DNA of 24,000 nucleotides from Mannheimia granulomatis (GTDB lineage Bacteria; Pseudomonadota; Gammaproteobacteria; Enterobacterales; Pasteurellaceae): NCBI RefSeq assembly GCF_011455695.1, contig NZ_CP015030.1, positions 1,825,716 to 1,849,715 of the forward strand, read 5' to 3'. Shown piece by piece: positions 18,085 to 24,000 of this stretch (position 1 is its first letter; each line of letters starts with the position of its first letter). The notes under the pieces were generated by a model. It saw only the letters and a program-made list of their open reading frames with translations, ran no database searches and was not told where the DNA came from. The position numbers and the translations under genes were made by a program.

Positions 18085-18147
18085 TGTTTTTTACTTTTTT
18101 CTTAAAAATTCTATGAATTCTAACACAATACCATTAATTAAAAGACT

Positions 18148-18156
18148 ACAAGCGGT
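18148..18156 (+). repeat. Apl-type USS core ACAAGCGGT
   Basis: Exact 9-mer in the divergent rluC/receptor intergenic region. Confidence 0.85.
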
Positions 18157-18299
18157 TAAATTCTGTTAGGAATTTACATCTTGAACAAAAATAGTCTATC
18201 TTGCAAACAAAACCCCAATAGCCACAAAAAATTTATTGAATTATTTTATCCCTTATCTAAAATACACAGCGAATACCCACAATATAAACAAGGCTTAAA

Positions 18300-20786
18300 A
18301 TGAAATTAGTAAAAATTACCCTACCTGTGTTAGCCTGTCTAGTGAGTGCCAAACTCTATGCAGAGATAGAACTTGATACCGTTCATGTTAAAGCAAATAT
18401 GCCTTTTGCAGGTAAATATCATATCAATCAAAAAAATTTGGCAAATAAGCTGCAAGCTAATTCAAATATTAGCGACGTACTTACATATTTACCATCACTC
18501 CGAGTTTCCAATAACAAAAACGGGAATACATTAGGAGAAATTGCCCCACAAAATATCTCATTTCATGGTGAGCGTTATTACAATAATAATTTTATGATAA
18601 ATGGCTTGGGAATTAATGACAATGTGAATCCTATCGGCTTGGGTGAAGATTCATTATTAGCATCTGATATGACTAAAACGATTGATTCTCAATATATGCC
18701 TGCAGGGCATCCTCAAGCATTTTGGTTGAGTACCGATCTAGTTGATACGTTAGAGGTTTATGACCGTAATGTGCCTAGCCAATATGGAAACTTTACCGGC
18801 GGGGTAGTGAATGCAAAATTAAAAGAACCTGATTTCAAACGCGCATCCGGTTCTGTATCTTACCGAACAACCCGAGATGCTTGGACTAAATTCCACCTGG
18901 AAGGGCAGTATAAAAATGAATTTTATCGTGCTAATTCACCTTTATTACAACCTAAATTTACTAAGCACGAATATAGCATTCAGTTAAATCAACCGCTGAC
19001 AGATCATTCCGGATTACTTTTCGCTTATAGTCGCCAGCAAAGTTCTGTTCCTCAGCATCAACAATATTTGCACAAATGGACTAATCGCTATCGTCGTAAC
19101 GAAACGTTATTTGCAAGTTATAAAAATGAATTAAATGAGAATAACCGTTTAACTATTAATGGAATTTACTCTACTCATCAAGCAGATGAATATCTGGAAA
19201 ACGCAGTAGATGGTCGTTTTAGATTAAGTGGCGGTGGTTTTTTAACTAATATTAAATGGGAGAATTATAACGATCTTGGCTTACTCACTAGCGAGTTAGC
19301 TTATCGAAATAACCGAAATCAAACGAAATACGATTCAGATACGCTTTACCGTTATACTAAAACCAAAAGTATTGATTGGATTTCTGATCCAAATACAGGA
19401 GAAGCGACAAAAGGTGGTATCGGTAAACGTTATACTCAGCAACAAAGTTTGCAGCTAAAACAAAATCTAGATTTCAATAAATTTGAAATCGGCAGCACTA
19501 TTCATGAAATGAGTGCCGGTTGGGAATGGCAACAAAATACATCGAGATTAAAGCAACCTAAACTTGCAAAGCAGTACACCGGAGCTGCTGACTATTATGA
19601 AGACGAGATGTTCAAGAATGAAAACTGTACATATTGTATTCCCAAAGAACAATATTTCAAATATAGGATTCATTACTTACCGATAGATGGAAAGGTGAAA
19701 CATAACCGTATAGCATCATATTTACAAGATAAAATAGTGTGGAATAACTTCACTTTTGTGCCGGGCGTACGGTTTGACTACACGCAATTTACCCGTAAGT
19801 GGAACATTGCTCCAAGAAGTTATATTGATTATAACCTGTTAGGTAAAGACCAAACTCATCTTATCGCTGGTTTCAATCGCTACTACGCAGGAGATTTAGT
19901 TGATTATAAATTACGTTCTTCATTTAATTTTGAAGATACATATAGTAGAAAATCCTACAATAGCCCTTGGGAGCTGGACAAATCCACCTTACATATTGCC
20001 TATAAAGGAAGTAAACTTAAAACACCTTATAGCGATGAGATTAATGCCGGAATCAGTCAAAAAATTTCAAATAGCTTATGGACATTCAAATGGGTGCAAC
20101 GCAACAGCAAAGATCAGTTTATGACCCAAATTGATTCTGATATAAAACCCCAACAACGTTGGCTATCTAATTCAGGACGAAGTAAACATAATACCTTTAG
20201 TTTAGAAATAGAAAGTATCGAACCTATCGATTTGTCTTTTATGGCTCTTAAATGGCAATTCGGTGTTGCTTTGAATAAGAGTAAAACTAATCAAACAAAT
20301 GATTACACCCAGCGAGATTGGAAAGATTACGGCATAACTAAAATGCTTCATAAAGATAAATTACAATCAATTGAATATCTTCCTGCAAGAAACTTCAATA
20401 CTCCTTGGAAAGGCTATTTACAGTTAGAAAGTTATTTTCCATCACTCAATTTAAACTGGGTACAGCGTATTAATTATGAATCATCTAGTAAAGATTATAC
20501 CTTTAAAGGTTTTAGATGTACTTCTGAAAAATCGGTATGTAACAACTATGAGGGATTGGTTGCTCGTGTATATGAAACAGCAAAACCAAGCCACACTACG
20601 CTTGACTGGTTCTTTAATTGGAAAAAAGAACTAGGGCAACATAAAGCATTTTCAGTTAATGTAAGTGTACTTAATGTGCTTAATCGTAAGTTACTCGCAA
20701 ATAAGATCACGACAGATGATGAAAATTATTACCAAACATACCGAGCCGGTAGACAATTTTGGCTCGGTGCAAAATATGAGTGGTAA
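18300..20786 (+). CDS. TonB-dependent outer-membrane receptor, substrate unknown
   Basis: 828 aa. It has a signal peptide (..AKLYA/EIE), a TonB-box-like ELDTVHV, plug motifs (ISDVLTYLPSLRV; FHGERYYNNNFMINGLGINDN; LEVYDRNVPSQYGNFTGGVVNAKLK) and a terminal beta-barrel signature (..FWLGAKYEW). Confidence 0.8.
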   Translation: MKLVKITLPVLACLVSAKLYAEIELDTVHVKANMPFAGKYHINQKNLANKLQANSNISDVLTYLPSLRVSNNKNGNTLGEIAPQNISFHGERYYNNNFMINGLGINDNVNPIGLGEDSLLASDMTKTIDSQYMPAGHPQAFWLSTDLVDTLEVYDRNVPSQYGNFTGGVVNAKLKEPDFKRASGSVSYRTTRDAWTKFHLEGQYKNEFYRANSPLLQPKFTKHEYSIQLNQPLTDHSGLLFAYSRQQSSVPQHQQYLHKWTNRYRRNETLFASYKNELNENNRLTINGIYSTHQADEYLENAVDGRFRLSGGGFLTNIKWENYNDLGLLTSELAYRNNRNQTKYDSDTLYRYTKTKSIDWISDPNTGEATKGGIGKRYTQQQSLQLKQNLDFNKFEIGSTIHEMSAGWEWQQNTSRLKQPKLAKQYTGAADYYEDEMFKNENCTYCIPKEQYFKYRIHYLPIDGKVKHNRIASYLQDKIVWNNFTFVPGVRFDYTQFTRKWNIAPRSYIDYNLLGKDQTHLIAGFNRYYAGDLVDYKLRSSFNFEDTYSRKSYNSPWELDKSTLHIAYKGSKLKTPYSDEINAGISQKISNSLWTFKWVQRNSKDQFMTQIDSDIKPQQRWLSNSGRSKHNTFSLEIESIEPIDLSFMALKWQFGVALNKSKTNQTNDYTQRDWKDYGITKMLHKDKLQSIEYLPARNFNTPWKGYLQLESYFPSLNLNWVQRINYESSSKDYTFKGFRCTSEKSVCNNYEGLVARVYETAKPSHTTLDWFFNWKKELGQHKAFSVNVSVLNVLNRKLLANKITTDDENYYQTYRAGRQFWLGAKYEW

Positions 20787-20841
20787 TTACCATTCTTGCA
20801 AAGTTTTGTAATAAAAGATTTATTTTAGTGCCGTACTAATT

Positions 20842-20890
20842 ATAATTCCATTGTATTAATTCATATTTAATACAATGGAATTATTTCTTT
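20842..20890 (+). terminator. Rho-independent terminator of the receptor gene
   Basis: A perfect 18-bp stem (20842-20859 pairs with 20867-20884), a 7-nt loop, then TTCTTT. Confidence 0.85.
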
Positions 20891-20941
20891 CCAGCCTCAG
20901 CTATTACGTTGAGAAAATATCAACTTTTTAAGGAAAATAAA

Positions 20942-21847
20942 ATGTCAGCAGAAAAAGCTACTGAAACTACACCAAATATCAATGTTGTTGCTGAAACAGA
21001 AAAAGTGATCAATAAAGTCAGCAATATGGATTTCAACACTATACTCAATGAGTGGATTATCCCTTACGGCACAAAAATCGTCCTTGCGATCGTGATTTTT
21101 GCAGTGGGTAAATTCTTAGCACGAATTATCAGTAATTTATTAGGTAAAGCCGCATTAAAATCGACTAAAGATGAGATGCTACAAAGTTTTATTTCATCTA
21201 TAAGCTATTTCTTACTGCTTTTAATTGTAGTAATTGCCTCACTCTCGCAATTAGGTATTAATACCAGCTCACTTGTCGCATTAATCGGTGCAGCAGGCTT
21301 GGCGATCGGTTTATCTCTGCAAAACTCGCTACAAAACTTTGCTGCAGGCGTGATGCTTTTAATTTTCAAACCATTCCGTAAAGGCGATTTAATTGAAACA
21401 GGTGGAATGAGTGGTGTGGTAGAACAAATGGGACTTTTAGTGTTAGAACTTCGCACTGGAGATAATAAAACTGTGTTGTTACCGAACAGCAAAGTGTTCT
21501 CTGATAGCATTGTGAATTACTCAAATAATCCAACCCGACGAATTGATTTTACCTTTGATATCTCTTATGAATCAAATTTAAAAGAGGCAAAAGAGATTCT
21601 GCAACATATCTTAGAAACAAATACTTATGTATTAAAAGATCCTGCTCCGGTAATTGCTGTAGGTGCTTTAGCCCCACATAGCGTACAATTAGTGGCTCGC
21701 CCTTGGGTACAAACACCTAATTATTGGCCAGCTTATTGGGAAATTATTGAACAGGTAAAATTAGAATTTAGTAATGCCGGCGTATCCATTCCTTACAACC
21801 AAATGGAATTGCATATTAAAAGTGGTGCCCTTGAGACTAAAGATTAA
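20942..21847 (+). CDS. mscS: Small-conductance mechanosensitive channel MscS
   Basis: Collinear with E. coli MscS (AAGLAIGLSLQNSLQNFAAGVMLLIFKPFR..). I prefer the ATG at 20942 (SD aaggaaaa 5-12 nt upstream) over the TTG at 20909 in the ORF track. Confidence 0.9.
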   Translation: MSAEKATETTPNINVVAETEKVINKVSNMDFNTILNEWIIPYGTKIVLAIVIFAVGKFLARIISNLLGKAALKSTKDEMLQSFISSISYFLLLLIVVIASLSQLGINTSSLVALIGAAGLAIGLSLQNSLQNFAAGVMLLIFKPFRKGDLIETGGMSGVVEQMGLLVLELRTGDNKTVLLPNSKVFSDSIVNYSNNPTRRIDFTFDISYESNLKEAKEILQHILETNTYVLKDPAPVIAVGALAPHSVQLVARPWVQTPNYWPAYWEIIEQVKLEFSNAGVSIPYNQMELHIKSGALETKD

Positions 21848-21848
21848 A

Positions 21849-21857
21849 ACAAGCGGT
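21849..21857 (+). repeat. Apl-type USS core ACAAGCGGT
   Basis: Exact 9-mer directly after the mscS stop. The extended element ends in ATTTTGCAAA. Confidence 0.85.
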
Positions 21858-21874
21858 CGTTTTTAGATAAAATT

Positions 21875-21902
21875 TTGCAAATTCTAAGCGAAGGTTTATA
21901 CT
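21875..21902 (+). promoter_or_regulatory. Candidate sigma-70 promoter of rraA
   Basis: TTGCAA (21875-21880), a 16-nt spacer, then TATACT (21897-21902), 33 nt upstream of the rraA ATG. The -35 hexamer is the TTGCAA of the extended USS element. Confidence 0.45.
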
Positions 21903-21934
21903 CTTACAAAACGAGTTGAAAACAGGAGCATATT

Positions 21935-22432
21935 ATGCGTATTGATACCTCTGAACTGTGCGATCTTTATTCTGATCAAGTTGATGTTGTTGAACCGATT
22001 TTCTCCAGCTTTGGCGGTGCGTCATCTTTCTTCGGTAAGATCACAACGGTCAAGTGTTTTGAAAGTAACGGCTTAATAGCAGAAGTATTGGAAGAAGACG
22101 GCGAAGGGCGAGTGTTATTAGTTGATGGCGGTGGTGCCGTTCGTCGTGCATTAATTGATGCGGAATTGGCTCAGCTTGCTGTTGATAACGGCTGGGAAGG
22201 CATTATCGTTTATGGTGCGGTTCGCCAACTGGATATTTTGGAAAAATTAGATATCGGTATTCACGCTCTTGCCCCTATTCCGGTAGGTGCAGATAACACA
22301 GATGTGGGCGAGGTCGATACACCGGTCAATTTCGGTGGTGTTACTTTCTTCCCGGAAGATTATATTTATGCAGATTTAACCGGCATTATCTTATCACCAG
22401 AATTGCTTGATTTAAGCGACATTAATGAATAA
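21935..22432 (+). CDS. rraA: Regulator of RNase E activity RraA
   Basis: 165 aa, collinear with E. coli RraA (DTSELCD.Y...V.VVEP.FS.FGG, VLVVDGGG..RRAL.DAELA.LA, GVTFF). SD is aggag. Confidence 0.95.
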   Translation: MRIDTSELCDLYSDQVDVVEPIFSSFGGASSFFGKITTVKCFESNGLIAEVLEEDGEGRVLLVDGGGAVRRALIDAELAQLAVDNGWEGIIVYGAVRQLDILEKLDIGIHALAPIPVGADNTDVGEVDTPVNFGGVTFFPEDYIYADLTGIILSPELLDLSDINE

Positions 22433-22450
22433 TCAGCTTTGACATTAGAT

Positions 22451-22482
22451 AAAAAACCGACCATTGGGTCGGTTTTATTTTT
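22451..22482. terminator. Bidirectional rho-independent terminator between the convergent rraA and protease genes
   Basis: AAAACCGACC-attg-GGTCGGTTTT forms a 10-bp stem, flanked by an A-run upstream and TATTTTT downstream. Confidence 0.85.
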
Positions 22483-22491
22483 AATATCAAT

Positions 22492-24000
22492 TTAGTAATC
22501 TTTGATTTCAAACTCACGTTGTAGTTTTTCAATACTTTCAACCTGCTCGAAATCTTTAAACTTAGCAACATCTTCCGCCTTAGTTTTAGTGCCTACTGCT
22601 TGGCTGACAAAAACAAAACCTTGCTGATTAATGACTGCTTTTTGATAGAAATCCAGAATATCCGCTTTGGTTAAGTTTTTAGTAAGGGCAATTACTTTCT
22701 GCAAGCGGTCAAATTTCTTATTATTTTGACTAAAATCCAACCCAAATTCTGCAAACTCTTCCGCCAGAGATTCCGGTTTATACTGTAATTGCTCCACCAG
22801 ACTCTCACGATATTTAGCAAACTCTTCATCAGATAAGTTCTCTAACTTTTCCTTGCTTTGTTTAAAGAAGCGTTCATTATGTGTTAAAACACCTGCCGGT
22901 GTAGTATTTGGGCTTTGTACCATAAACTGAATACCCGCAGTTTTGCCAATCATTAAATCCGTTGCATAAACCACATAGCCTAATTGTTTATCTGTACGCA
23001 AATCGTCAAAATACCAGCGGGAAATAATACTTCTCAATAATCTGGCTCGCACTAATCCCTCTAATTCTGCATAGCCGTTTGGTAAAAATGCCATTAATAA
23101 AGCATTATCTTCATTCGGTACTTTTTTAATGAAATTGAGCTTACGCTGACTCTGATGAATATCTACATATTGCCCTGTCGCATTTGCAGATTTTTTGCTT
23201 TTTATCACCGCTTGTACTTGGTCTGACAGCGATAAAACTTGCTCGTTAGAAAGATTACCTACCGATAGTAACTTAAAGCCACTTGCCTCATTTAATAATC
23301 GATGACGTAGCTTCTGAATATCACCAAGGGTAATTTGATCAATCGCTTTACGCTGTTTATCCATCTCAAAATAAGGGTAGCCGGCAAAACTTTTTAACGC
23401 AGCATTTGCTTGATTCAGGCTGTTCTCTTTCTCACTACGATCTAAGGCTTGGTGTAAATGCTGCTTAGCTTGCATCAACATCTCTTCGCTTAATTCAAAT
23501 TTACTAAATTGCGTAACGCTATCTACAATTAACTTAGGTAAGTTTTGCGTATAGCCATCAGCAGAAACCACTAAGCCATTAGTACCCGGCTGCACCTTTA
23601 AATTCATTCCGGCAACAGACGATTGGAAATTAAGCTCAGTTTGAGCCAACTGATTCATATAATTTAAGATAGAAGCTGAAGCTAATGTTTTTAAATCATC
23701 TGCGCGAGGATTAACATTAAATACCATACTAATCTGTGCTTTAGGATCGCTGCCAAAATAGGCACTTGGCATCGAATAAACTAAATCACCTTGTTGTTCT
23801 CGAATCAACTTCGGCTTCGTTAAGCCTTTTTCAACCTTATTTAACGAAAAATCTGTAGTGAAATATGGGTTAAGAGCAGGCAACTTAAGCGTTGGATTTT
23901 GGTTAAAATCCAACCATCTCTGTTTTTGTGCTTCGCTAATTTTGGCAATTGAATAATCTGCCTCAAAATACTGACTTTTCTTATCGGTAACAGCATCATC
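22492..24000 (-). CDS. ptrA: Pitrilysin-like M16 zinc metalloprotease (protease III), C-terminal ~500 aa; the 5' end lies beyond the window
   Basis: By my own translation the frame stays open from 23913 to the window edge at 24000 (..DDAVTDKKSQYFEADYSIAKISEAQKQRWLDFNQ..), so the M in the ORF track is an internal TTG. The sequence resembles the inactive C-terminal M16 domains of pitrilysin. The catalytic HxxEH region is not in the window. Confidence 0.75.
   Translation of the reverse strand, partial: DDAVTDKKSQYFEADYSIAKISEAQKQRWLDFNQNPTLKLPALNPYFTTDFSLNKVEKGLTKPKLIREQQGDLVYSMPSAYFGSDPKAQISMVFNVNPRADDLKTLASASILNYMNQLAQTELNFQSSVAGMNLKVQPGTNGLVVSADGYTQNLPKLIVDSVTQFSKFELSEEMLMQAKQHLHQALDRSEKENSLNQANAALKSFAGYPYFEMDKQRKAIDQITLGDIQKLRHRLLNEASGFKLLSVGNLSNEQVLSLSDQVQAVIKSKKSANATGQYVDIHQSQRKLNFIKKVPNEDNALLMAFLPNGYAELEGLVRARLLRSIISRWYFDDLRTDKQLGYVVYATDLMIGKTAGIQFMVQSPNTTPAGVLTHNERFFKQSKEKLENLSDEEFAKYRESLVEQLQYKPESLAEEFAEFGLDFSQNNKKFDRLQKVIALTKNLTKADILDFYQKAVINQQGFVFVSQAVGTKTKAEDVAKFKDFEQVESIEKLQREFEIKDY
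23207..23215 (-). repeat. Apl-type USS core (ACCGCTTGT on +)
   Basis: Exact 9-mer inside the protease gene. Confidence 0.8.

Noticed and set aside
18228-18246. Possible Fur box (TTTATTGAATTATTTTATC) upstream of the TonB-dependent receptor.
   Set aside because: By my count it matches the 19-bp consensus at only about 10/19 positions in a very AT-rich region. That is too weak to call as a feature, so it is mentioned only inside the receptor finding.
20909-20941. TTG-initiated 11-codon extension of mscS.
   Set aside because: The ATG at 20942 has a well-spaced AAGGAAAA SD, and the MscS-like sequence begins there.

Overview
This is a chromosomal segment from a Pasteurellaceae genome. The clade call rests on 11 perfect copies of the Apl-type uptake signal sequence ACAAGCGGT/ACCGCTTGT in 24 kb, which points to Actinobacillus, Mannheimia, Glaesserella or [Haemophilus] ducreyi; I cannot assign a species. 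Most of the window is housekeeping. On the + strand: dnaK, dnaJ, a TonB-dependent receptor, mscS and rraA. On the - strand: yfiC (trmN6), dps, mrcB, menB, katG, yeeD-yeeE (tsuB/tsuA), a CPA1 Na+/H+ antiporter, dapE, yffB, folP, rluC and the 3' part of a pitrilysin-like M16 protease that runs off the right edge. The one clearly accessory stretch is a 1.14-kb mosaic insert that splits the normally contiguous dnaK-dnaJ heat-shock operon (2215-3357). In order it contains a strong terminator, an orphan hairpin, and a VapD/Cas2-like gene with an unusual C-terminal extension bracketed exactly by two perfect 32-bp USS-containing direct repeats. These are followed by an unrecognisable 100-aa ORF and a ~170-bp element bounded by imperfect 33-34-bp inverted repeats. 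This is my best candidate for an undescribed toxin-like or defence-like module, but I have no homology search and the partner ORF has no family I recognise. Secondary points of interest: an AT-rich orphan TonB-dependent receptor, a Dps with a Cys-rich C-terminal tail, a hairpin that is both the terminator of the antiporter gene and a trap for the yeeE Shine-Dalgarno, and several candidate regulator palindromes. I found no CRISPR array, tRNA, rRNA, integrase or transposase.
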